DNA of 64,000 bases from Macrostomum hystrix. Lineage: Eukaryota > Animalia > Platyhelminthes. Below the pieces are notes generated by a model, which worked only from the letters and a program-made list of their open reading frames with translations, ran no database searches and was not told the origin of the DNA. The stretch lies in NCBI GenBank assembly GCA_950097015.1, contig CATNEN010000003.1:10044001-10108000 (forward strand), read 5' to 3'. The position numbers and the translations under genes are program-made. Below, one piece after another: positions 38,449 through 50,500 of this stretch. The first letter of the stretch is position 1; each line of letters begins with the position of its first letter.

Positions 38449-40917
38449 TCAAAGTATGGCGCACTCTCGCTTTGATCTCTTTTTAATCTGAGCCGGTCGT
38501 GGACTGAGAACTAGCCGAATGGCTTCGTCAAATACCGTCTTCACCTCTGACTGCAGCTTGGATGAGCACTCCAGGTATTTCACGGCCTGGATCTCCTTAG
38601 CCAGTGCTTGGCCCTGTAAATTGTTAGGTAAAATATAATATGGTGCATTAGCATAAAAAGTTCATTAAAACTCTAATTCATATTTTAACTACTTACTCCA
38701 AATCTCCAGACTTGATATCAACACCAATCGACACACACCTCACACCACACCCACCTCACTCCTTGCCCACCTCACCCCACACCCACCTCACTCCATACCC
38801 ACCTCACTCCACACCCACCTAAGTCCACACCCACCAATTCCACACCCGCCTCACTACAAAGCCACCTCACTCGACACCCACCCCACTCCACACCCACCTC
38901 ACTCCACACCAACCTCACTCTACTCCACACCCACCTTTACTCCACACCACCTCACTCCATACCCACCTCACTCCACACCCACTTAAGTCCACACCCACCA
39001 ATTCCACACCCGCCTCACTATAAAGCCACCTCACTCGACACCCACCCCACTCCAAGACCCACCCCACTCCAGACCCACCTCACTCCACACCAACCTCACT
39101 CTACTCCACACCCACCTCACTCCACACCAACCTCACTCCACAATATCAGTCTTACCTTGGCAGTGCTGACTGGGGCCCTATTTTTCACCTTCAACCGTTC
39201 AATAGTCTCTGGATCGTCTCGCAGATCCTTCTTAGTGCCAACTAGCAGAATCGGGGTGTTGGGCGCGTGGTGTCGAACCTCCGGCACCCACTTGGAGCGC
39301 ACATTGTCGCAGCTGACCGGATTGTCCAGAGCGAAGCACAGAATCATAACGTCTGTCTGCGGATAGCTTAGTATCCTGAGCTGGTCATACTCCTCTTGGC
39401 CTGTGTCAGGAAATGTCGGAAGAAGAATTCGTCAGGTAAAATCGGCCTCAGACTAATCGAGGTTGTATAGTTGATGCTATTTATAGACTACCTTGTGGGA
39501 AATCCCTCTTTTAATCTAAGCGCCATCGAAACACATTTCAAGAGGTTGAGCGGCGGAGCGTTCGACTCAGTAGCAACAAACCCCTGAACACGGATCTAGT
39601 GTGTCTTGTCCTTTAATGTACTTAAATCGAGCTATTTCAACTACAAACCAATCACAATGTAAAGGCCGAGAGAAGAAAGAAAGGATCAAACTAATCTAAA
39701 CGGATTCCTATTGAATATCAAATAACAGCAATTTCTATAATTTATTCCAGCTTAACGTTTTTTTATAGCAAAAGCTGATTATCTCCGTGTCCCCTAGGGG
39801 GATTATTATCGATCCCAAATACTGTGGAGCAAAGAATTAAAGTGTATATAGAGGGGAAGAGGTTGAAGTCCGATTACTCGCACACGAGGAAATCCTAGGA
39901 GAAATCGGCATCGACTTGGCAAGCAGCCAAGTGCCACCCCGCATGAGTTGTTGAACTCAAACCTGTATTAGCTATAGGCTGCATGTCGATGAAATGAGAC
40001 GAGTGGCAATGAGGGGGTCATGTTTTGATGAAAGAGATGCTCTGAGATAGCCTTCTGTTCAAAATCAATCGTGCAGTGTTTTCCGTTTCTCCCTCCCCTG
40101 AGGGACTTCGCTAAAACCATGCAGCTGCTCCGCCTTATCCAAATCCTCTGTAGGTGTACGTAGTCGGCGCCCCCGATTGCCCGCCAATGGGACTTGGTTT
40201 GGCATGCTGCCAGAAATTTTAGGGGGAAAAATAAAATCTACAAGAGAAAATAAGATGACCAAATACGCCTCATATTCGGTGCTGAGTTGCTGCAGGTGAT
40301 GCAGGGGAAAGTTCAAGTCGAGTGTTTGGTTAACAGTGGAGGGAACTAGCATTATGCACACCGTGTTTGCTTTCCGTGTGACTTCCATTTGCTTTCTATA
40401 GGATTTATGAAATTTCCCCCCCACCACGATAAAATCTTTATTCAGGGGCATATATATTATTGTCATCAATTTTTGTTATAGGGATGCTTTTTGATCCATG
40501 CGAATGCTATAAGCTCCATTGCAGCCTTATCTACATGGATATTTTTTTCAGTTCTACATTCTGCACTGAGCCCAAGCTGTCTTCATCATCCTCCATGCTT
40601 TTCCTCTCAATGGCTCTGCAGCCTCTAAAAAAGACTGTGTCTTCTCTCAATTCGAAGCTGCTGCCAGTAGCTAGGAGATGTACTTTTAGATAAAGAATAT
40701 CGATTGAAGGAGTGCACGCGATATAGTACATAAACTCACCGGCTGTGTCCCATAGACACAAGTTAATAGATTTCTGTTGCACCATGACATTGGCACTGTA
40801 GGTGTCAAACACTGTAGGGATGTATTCCTCCGGGAACTGGTTGGTTGCGTAGGAAATTAGAAGGCAGGTTTTACCTACCGCTCCGTCGCCCACAACGACA
40901 CATTTGATCGACTGCAT
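38449..40917 (-). CDS. Divergent Rac-like Rho-family small GTPase, 195 aa
   Basis: Exons 40917-40740, 39400-39156 and 38613-38449 (GT-AG, 588 nt). Motifs [35 protein letters not shown], polybasic KKRSKR and CaaX CAIL. Confidence 0.93.
38735..39140. repeat. Degenerate 16-bp minisatellite (CCACACCCACCTCACT)n in Rac intron 2
   Basis: Tandem C-rich units are visible directly. Confidence 0.85.
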
Positions 40918-41789
40918 GATATCGATTTATTAATAAATGGATTTAATTAATTAATTAATTAATGGATTTAAGGTTCGGCCAACTCAGGCCAGAGGGAACA
41001 GATCTGTAGTCCTAGTCCGGCAGACTTTCTCGGCTTCGGCTTCTGTTGGAGTCTTTTTATGAGCGGCCGGGCTGTTTGCATGCCGGGGTAAGGGATTAAT
41101 ACAATCCCAGATCCTCCGCACCCACCCCTGTCCGGCCTCCTAAACGCGCTCTCCACTCTCCAGGGATGATCTATCAACAACCTCCCTCCCCCAACCAGTC
41201 CTCCTCTGCCTCGCCCTAAACCCAAAGCGTGCTAATTTTGGATGTTCTGTGTAGTTCCGACCCAGTAGTACACAAGTGCACTTTCATGCCCCAAGTACAT
41301 TTGGCATGGCTATTCAGTTTGTACTCGCAAAACCACCCCCCCATTTTCCTTTTCCCCGCGCACGACCAACAGCAGTAATGCCTATCTGTCCATATCTCTT
41401 CACAAATCAAACTGCTGTATCCCAAAATGATTTGAAGCCTTATAATTGGCTGGCCATTCTGCGCCCAGTACGCGGTCCAGCTATTCTTAGAAAATGACGT
41501 CGAACTCAACTAGGGAGGGGTTGATTTTAGCACTGCTATAGCGGGACAGTGCTAGGTTTGGCTCGATAAAGGGGGAATGCTCATGAGCGCGTACAAACTC
41601 AAGCGATAGTCTCGCCATGTTTGGAATGCTGCTCAGGATTTTCGCATCGCTTAGTCATGCGCGAAGGCATAGCATGAGGCATAATATAAAAGTAGCTGGG
41701 GTTAGATGAGAATAAGAATAGATGACATAAAGTTGAGATGAGACAAAGGAGAGATGACTTAAGGTTGAGATAAGGTAGTGGATATTAAA

Positions 41790-42260
41790 TTAGGGTGAGA
41801 TGAGACACAATAGAGATGACGAGAGGGTGAGATGAGACACAAGAGAGATAACGAGAGGGTGAGATGAGACACAATAGAGATGCTCGACACAATAGAGATG
41901 AAGAGAGAGTGAGATAAGACACTAGAGATGACGAGAGGGTGAGATAAGACAATAGAGATGACGAGAGGGTGAGATAAGACAATAGAGATGACGAGAGGGT
42001 GAGATGAGACACAATAGAGATGACGAGAGGGTGAGATGAGACACAATAGAGATGACGAGAGGGTGAGATGAGACAATAGAGATGACGAGAGGGTGAGATA
42101 AGACAATAGAGATGACGAGAGGGTGAGATGAGACACAATAGAGATGACGAGAGGGTGAGATGAGACACAATAGAGATGACGAGAGGGTGAGATGAGACAC
42201 AATAGAGATGACGAGAGGGTGATGAGATACAAGAGAGATGACGAGAGGGTGAGATAAAAC
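41790..42260. repeat. About 30-32-bp minisatellite GAGATGACGAGAGGGTGAGATGAGACACAATA
   Basis: Tandem units visible; the GAGATGAGACAC core is shared with the hAT-borne 16-bp repeat. Confidence 0.9.
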
Positions 42261-42846
42261 AGGTGAGATGCAGTGAATCGAAGTGAGTGAAGGTGAGTCA
42301 TTCGAGTCGCATATAGTTCTGTCGATTTAACAAAAAGCATAGGAATGCCAATAAATGAAAGTTGTTTGGCTATATATACAGTCTTTTTATTCGTCACGGA
42401 AATCAAAATTGTCAATCTTCCGATTCAGAAACCAAAAGTTAGCTTGCGAGACGTTTAGCTCCAAGAACTAAAATATCATTTGAAAACAGAATTTAATCAA
42501 AGTGCATTGTTTGTTGGGATATACATACGGGATTAAGTGTGGGATCTTTATACGGGTTCAAGTGTGAGACATTTCTTTGGGATTCAATATGGGATCGATT
42601 TATATGGGACTAGCTTTTTTTGCCCGTTGTTTTTGGGGCAGAAATTTAAAGCAAAGCAGTAAGCAATTCACGTCTCTGTATTAACTTTATAGTGAAGGTC
42701 ACCATTTATTTATTTACTGCATTAATGAAAAGTGAAGAGTTTGTTTAAGGGCGTTTTAAGTAAAAAATAAGTGAAAAGTTTGTCCAAACAGCCCCCTCTT
42801 GATTTCTTCTTTAGAAACATGTCTCTTAGCCACTCCTCTATACAGT

Positions 42847-43125
42847 CAGTGGCAGATCCAGGAATTTTGTTTTGGGGCGGTCTGTCAGGGGAGCGCCATG
42901 AGAATCACAGAGGGGGTGCCAGCGGCCGAAAAAGGGCGCCAGGAGCCAAGAAAGGGCGCCAGCGGCTGAAAAACGGGAGCCAGCGGCTGAAAAAGGGGCG
43001 CCAGCGGCCGAAAAGGGGCGCCAGTGCTGCGACTGGCGCCCCTGGTGGGGGCATCTTATTCCCGTGATTAAAATTTTGGGAAGGGGGGCGACTGCCCCCC
43101 GCCCCCCCCCCTAAATCTGCCTCTG
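42847..43125. mobile_element. hAT-type MITE nested in Helitron copy 2 (same insertion as 23166-23494)
   Basis: Same TIRs and TATACAGT TSD, with fewer 21-bp units. Confidence 0.85.
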
Positions 43126-43277
43126 TATACAGTATGCATGTACACGCGTATGCATAAGGAAAATAGCCATGGCATAACAATAACAATGTCAAAGAAACCA
43201 AATTAAACTGTTTCAGAGTTCAGAGTTAGACAGGTCAAGGTCAATTCGTGACTACTTTTCTATTAATTGCTTGCGAG

Positions 43278-43960
43278 TCACCTCAAGGCCTGGGGATACA
43301 CCACATTCTTCGTTCTTCCCCTTGGTGCGAAAATGAATAGGCCAGCTGGAGTTCCAACACGGGAGCAGGCGACATAAAGCTGCCCATGCGAGAAGCAAGG
43401 AGTCTCCAGGTTGATGCCAGCCACCTTCAGCGACTGTCCCTGAGCCTTGTTAATAGTCATCGCAAAGCACACTCTCACAGGGAACTGCAGTCGCTTGAAC
43501 TGAAATGGCAGGTCCGTGGGGATAATTGGAATCCGGGGAACGAACACAGACTCTCCTCTGCCAGATCCAGTCATTATCGTGGCCTCAATCACGTGTGGGA
43601 AGAGCCGCCTGACTATCAGTCTGGTGCCGTTACACAGCCTTGGCGCATTCAGGTTGCGGAGGAGCATAATTGGTGCCTCAACTTTCAGCTGCAAGTTGTG
43701 CGATGGAGTTCCAGGAGGATCTAGAGAGTTCAGAAACTCAACAGGATGAGTCAATGACTGACTGCTTGACTGCTTGACTGCTTGACACTAAACCCAAGTT
43801 GAGTTGACTCCACAGCGGTGTCATCAGTCAACGTTGTATCAATTGACTTGTAGGTGAAAACTGCACCTGGCAACTCCTGAAGCAGTTGGTAGTAGTTTGG
43901 CGGCATCATTTCTAGGACACAGAATTGCCCTCTCTGACAGCCAGTCAACGTCAGCATATC
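43278..43960 (-). pseudogene. Truncated and disrupted Helitron Pif1 helicase fragment
   Basis: Same helicase motifs as 23647, broken by an insertion at 43748-43806. Confidence 0.88.
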
Positions 43961-44580
43961 GAGAGAAATAGGCTGGCTGGAGAGAAATATCGGCCGGAGA
44001 GCCCTGCGCACTGGGACGCCACCGCACTCAGTCTCAGTGCTGCTTGGGGGCCAGTAGACAGTCTAGGGGTTTGGGCTGTGTACATTCACGGCTTGAAATA
44101 CAATGTACAGTCTGGGGCTTCGGCGCCCGGGGAAGGGAGGGGGTGGCTGTAATAAAATTTGGCCCGCAGAGTGGCGGAGGGGAGTTGGGGTGGCTGTCCT
44201 CGGAAAACAAAAAGTGACTCACTTTGAGATGATGCAGCTTTGCTCTGGATTGAGTAGAGATGTTCAAAATTGACAGCATTGTTGGAAAACATGTAAAGTG
44301 TAAGTGGTTCAAATTTGGAGAAAATCTGACAAAGTGGGGCGACGATATGTCGAATTGAGTGATTTTTTGACGATTTTTGAGCAGTTTTTTGCACTTTTGA
44401 GCAGGAAGGAAATGATTTTTCGGGAATTTGAGTAGCCTATTGCACTCAGCGTAGGTGGTTTTAGGTATGTGCAAAGTTTGGTGCGATTTGGTTGAGCGGT
44501 TTCGGCGTCTATAAAGACAAAAGGTTGCACACAGACAGACAGACAGACAGACAGAGTTTTCACTTTTATATATATAGATA

Positions 44581-47500
44581 AAGTGTGGGATCTTTATACG
44601 GGTTCAAGTGTGGGATCTTTATACGGGTTCAAGTGTGGGATCTTTATACGGATTCAAGTGTGGGATCTTTATACGGATTCAAGTGTGGGATCTTTATACG
44701 GATTCAAGTGTGGGATCTTTATACGGATTCAAGTGTGGGATCTTTATACGGATTCAAGTGTGGGATCTTTATACGGATTCAAGTGTGAGATCTTTATACG
44801 GATTCAAGTGTGGGATCTTTATACGGATTCAAGTGTGGGATCTTTATACGGATTCAAGTGTGGGATCTTTATACGGATTCAAGTGTGGGATCTTTATACG
44901 GATTCAAGTGTGGGATCTTTATACGGATTCAAGTGTGGGATCTTTATACGGATTCAAGTGTGGGATCTTTATACGGATTCAAGTGTGAGATCTTTATACG
45001 GATTCAAGTGTGGGATCTTTATACGGATTCAAGTGTGGGATCTTTATACGGATTCAAGTGTGGGATCTTTATACGGATTCAAGTGTGGGATCTTTATACG
45101 GATTCAAGTGTGGGATCTTTATACGGATTCAAGTGTGAGATCTTTTTACGGATTCAAGTGTGGGATCTTTATACGGATTCAAGTGTGGGATCTTTATACG
45201 GATTCAAGTGTGAGATCTTTATACGGATTCAAGTGTGGGATCTTTATACGGATTCAAGTGTGGGATCTTTATACGGATTCAAGTGTGGGATCTTTATACG
45301 GATTCAAGTGTGGGATCTTTATACGGATTCAAGTGTGGGATCTTTTATACGGATTCAAGTGTGGGATCTTTATACGGGTTCAAGTGTGGGATCTTTATAC
45401 GGATTCAAGTGTGAGATCTTTATACGGATTCAAGTGTGGGATCTTTATACGGATTCAAGTGTGAGATCTTTATACGGATTCAAGTGTGAGATCTTTATAC
45501 GGGTTCAAGTGTGAGATCTTTATACGGATTCAAGTGTGAGATCTTTATACGGATTCAAGTGTGAGATCTTTATACGGATTCAAGTGTGAGATCTTTATAC
45601 GGATTCAAGTGTGAGATCTTTATACGGATTCAAGTGTGGGATCTTTATACGGATTCAAGTGTGAGATCTTTATACGGATTCAAGTGTGGGATCTTTTATA
45701 CGGGTTCAAGTGTGGGATCTTTATACGGATTCAAGTGTGGGATCTTTATACGGATTCAAGTGTGGGATCTTTATACGGATTCAAGTGTGGGATCTTTATA
45801 CGGATTCAAGTGTGAGATCTTTATACGGATTCAAGTGTGGGATCTTTATACGGATTCAAGTGTGGGATCTTTATACGGATTCAAGTGTGAGATCTTTATA
45901 CGGATTCAAGTGTGGGATCTTTATACGGATTCAAGTGTGAGATCTTTATACGGATTCAAGTGTGGGATCTTTATACGGATTCAAGTGTGAGATCTTTATA
46001 CGGATTCAAGTGTGAGATCTTTATACCGATTCAAGTGTGAGATCTTTATACGGATTCAAGTGTGGGATCTTTATACGGATTCAAGTGTGGGATCTTTATA
46101 CGGATTCAAGTGTGAGATCTTTATACGGATTCAAGTGTGGGATCTTTATACGGATTCAAGTGTGAGATCTTTATACGGATTCAAGTGTGGGATCTTTATA
46201 CGGGTTCAAGTGTGGGATCTTTATACGGGTTCAAGTGTGGGATCTTTATACGGATTCAAGTGTGAGATCTTTATACGGATTCAAGTGTGGGATCTTTATA
46301 CGGATTCAAGTGTGAGATCTTTATACGGATTCAAGTGTGGGATCTTTATACGGATTCAAGTGTGAGATCTTTATACGGATTCAAGTGTGGGATCTTTATA
46401 CGGATTCAAGTGTGAGATCTTTATACGGATTCAAGTGTGAGATCTTTATACGGATTCAAGTGTGAGATCTTTATACGGATTCAAGTGTGGGATCTTTATA
46501 CGGATTCAAGTGTGGGATCTTTATACGGATTCAAGTGTGGGATCTTTATACGGATTCAAGTGTGAGATCTTTATACGGATTCAAGTGTGGGATCTTTATA
46601 CGGATTCAAGTGTGAGATCTTTATACGGATTCAAGTGTGAGATCTTTATACGGATTCAAGTGTGGGATCTTTATACGGGTTCAAGTGTGAGATCTTTATA
46701 CGGGTTCAAGTGTGAGATCTTTATACGGATTTAAGTGTGGGATCTTTATACGGGTTCAAGTGTGGGATCTTTATACGGATTCAAGTGTGGGATCTTTATA
46801 CGGATTCAAGTGTGGGATCTTTATACGGATTCAAGTGTGGGATCTTTATACGGATTCAAGTGTGGGATCTTTATACGGATTCAAGTGTGAGATCTTTATA
46901 CGGATTCAAGTGTGAGATCTTTATACGGATTCAAGTGTGGGATCTTTATACGGGTTCAAGTGTGGGATCTTTATACGGATTCAAGTGTGGGATCTTTATA
47001 CGGATTCAAGTGTGGGATCTTTATACGGATTCAAGTGTGGGATCTTTATACGGATTCAAGTGTGGGATCTTTATACGGGTTCAAGTGTGGGATCTTTAAA
47101 CGGGTTCAAGTGTGGGATCTTTATACGGGTTCAAGTGTGGGATCTTTATACGGATTCAAGTGTGGGATCTTTATACGGATTCAAGTGTGGGATCTTTATA
47201 CGGATTCAAGTGTGGGATCTTTATACGGATTCAAGTGTGGGATCTTTATACGGATTCAAGTGTGGGATCTTTATACGGATTCAAGTGTGGGATCTTTATA
47301 CGGATTCAAGTGTGGGATCTTTATACGGATTCAAGTGTGAGATCTTTATACGGATTCAAGTGTGGGATCTTTATACGGATTCAAGTGTGGGATCTTTATA
47401 CGGATTCAAGTGTGGGATCTTTATACGGATTCAAGTGTGGGATCTTTATACGGATTCAAGTGTGGGATCTTTATACGGATTCAAGTGTGGGATCTTTATA

Positions 47501-50500
47501 CGGATTCAAGTGTGGGATCTTTATACGGATTCAAGTGTGGGATCTTTATACGGATTCAAGTGTGAGATCTTTATACGGATTCAAGTGTGGGATCTTTATA
47601 CGGATTCAAGTGTGGGATCTTTATACGGATTCAAGTGTTAGATCTTTATACGGATTCAAGTGTGGGATCTTTATACGGATTCAAGTGTGAGATCTTTATA
47701 CGGATTCAAGTGTGGGATCTTTATACGGATTCAAGTGTGGGATCTTTATACGGATTCAAGTGTGAGATCTTTATACGGATTCAAGTGTGAGATCTTTATA
47801 CGGATTCAAGTGTGAGATCTTTATACGGATTCAAGTGTGAGATCTTTATACGGATTCAAGTGTGAGATCTTTATACGGATTCAAGTGTGGGATCTTTATA
47901 CGGATTCAAGTGTGAGATCTTTATACGGATTCAAGTGTGGGATCTTTATACGGATTCAAGTGTGGGATCTTTATACGGATTCAAGTGTGAGATCTTTATA
48001 CGGATTCAAGTGTGGGATCTTTATACGGATTCAAGTGTGGGATCTTTATACGGATTCAAGTGTGGGATCTTTATACGGATTCAAGTGTGGGATCTTTATA
48101 CGGATTCAAGTGTGGGATCTTTATACGGATTCAAGTGTGGGATCTTTATACGGATTCAAGTGTGGGATCTTTATACGGATTCAAGTGTGAGATCTTTATA
48201 CGGATTCAAGTGTGAGATCTTTATACGGATTCAAGTGTGGGATCTTTATACGGATTCAAGTGTGGGATCTTTATACGGATTCAAGTGTGGGATCTTTATA
48301 CGGATTCAAGTGTGGGATCTTTATACGGATTCAAGTGTGGGATCTTTATACGGATTCAAGTGTGGGATCTTTATACGGATTCAAGTGTGGGATCTTTATA
48401 CGGATTCAAGTGTGGGATCTTTATACGGATTCAAGTGTGAGATCTTTATACGGATTCAAGTGTGGGATCTTTATACGGATTCAAGTGTGGGATCTTTATA
48501 CGGATTCAAGTGTGGGATCTTTATACGGATTCAAGTGTGGGATCTTTATACGGATTCAAGTGTGGGATCTTTATACGGATTCAAGTGTGGGATCTTTATA
48601 CGGATTCAAGTGTGGGATCTTTATACGGATTCAAGTGTGGGATCTTTATACGGATTCAAGTGTGAGATCTTTATACGGATTCAAGTGTGGGATCTTTATA
48701 CGGATTCAAGTGTGGGATCTTTATACGGATTCAAGTGTGGGATCTTTATACGGATTCAAGTGTGGGATCTTTATACGGATTCAAGTGTGGGATCTTTATA
48801 CGGATTCAAGTGTGGGATCTTTATACGGATTCAAGTGTGGGATCTTTATACGGATTCAAGTGTGGGATCTTTATACGGATTCAAGTGTGAGATCTTTATA
48901 CGGATTCAAGTGTGAGATCTTTATACGGATTCAAGTGTGGGATCTTTATACGGATTCAAGTGTGAGATCTTTATACGGATTCAAGTGTGAGATCTTTATA
49001 CGGATTCAAGTGTGGGATCTTTATACGGATTCAAGTGTGGGATCTTTATACGGATTCAAGTGTGGGATCTTTATACGGATTCAAGTGTGAGATCTTTATA
49101 CGGATTCAAGTGTGAGATCTTTATACGGATTCAAGTGTGGGATCTTTATACGGATTCAAGTGTGGGATCTTTATACGGATTCAAGTGTGAGATCTTTATA
49201 CGGATTCAAGTGTGGGATCTTTATACGGATTCAAGTGTGGGATCTTTATACGGATTCAAGTGTGGGATCTTTATACGGATTCAAGTGTGAGATCTTTATA
49301 CGGATTCAAGTGTGGGATCTTTATACGGATTCAAGTGTGAGATCTTTATACGGATTCAAGTGTGAGATCTTTATACGGATTCAAGTGTGGGATCTTTATA
49401 CGGATTCAAGTGTGGGATCTTTATACGGATTCAAGTGTGGGATCTTTATACGGATTCAAGTGTGAGATCTTTATACGGATTCAAGTGTGAGATCTTTATA
49501 CGGATTCAAGTGTGGGATCTTTATACGGATTCAAGTGTGGGATCTTTATACGGATTCAAGTGTGGGATCTTTATACGGATTCAAGTGTGGGATCTTTATA
49601 CGGATTCAAGTGTGGGATCTTTATACGGATTCAAGTGTGGGATCTTTATACGGGATTCAAGTGTGGGATCTTTATACGGATTCAAGTGTGGGATCTTTAT
49701 ACGGATTCAAGTGTGGGATCTTTATACGGATTCAAGTGTGGGATCTTTATACGGATTCAAGTGTGGGATCTTTATACGGATTCAAGTGTGGGATCTTTAT
49801 ACGGATTCAAGTGTGGGATCTTTATACGGATTCAAGTGTGAGATCTTTATACGGATTCAAGTGTGAGATCTTTATACGGATTCAAGTGTGGGATCTTTAT
49901 ACGGATTCAAGTGTGAGATCTTTATACGGATTCAAGTGTTAGATCTTTATACGGATTCAAGTGTGGGATCTTTATACGGATTCAAGTGTGGGATCTTTAT
50001 ACGGATTCAAGTGTGGGATCTTTATACGGATTCAAGTGTGAGATCTTTATACGGATTCAAGTGTGAGATCTTTATACGGATTCAAGTGTGGGATCTTTAT
50101 ACGGATTCAAGTGTGGGATCTTTATACGGATTCAAGTGTGGGATCTTTATACGGATTCAAGTGTGGGATCTTTATACGGATTCAAGTGTGGGATCTTTAT
50201 ACGGATTCAAGTGTGGGATCTTTATACGGATTCAAGTGTGAGATCTTTATACGGATTCAAGTGTGGGATCTTTATACGGGTTCAAGTGTGGGATCTTTAT
50301 AACGGGTTCAAGTGTGGGATCTTTATACGGATTCAAGTGTGGGATCTTTATACGGATTCAAGTGTGGGATCTTTATACGGATTCAAGTGTGGGATCTTTA
50401 TACGGATTCAAGTGTGGGATCTTTATACGGATTCAAGTGTGGGATCTTTATACGGATTCAAGTGTGGGATCTTTATACGGATTCAAGTGTGGGATCTTTA

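Larger units (their letters stand above)
42610..44578 (-). mobile_element. Non-autonomous Helitron, copy 2, inserted at the edge of the 25-bp satellite
   Basis: Same A|TC...CTAG|T ends as copy 1 and near-identical sequence. It lacks the 24747 MITE and has an extra internal deletion plus a 59-bp insertion in the helicase. Confidence 0.92.

Noticed and set aside
40531-40739. C-terminal extension of the Rac exon-1 ORF
   Set aside because: Read-through past the GTGAGT donor at 40739 into the intron.
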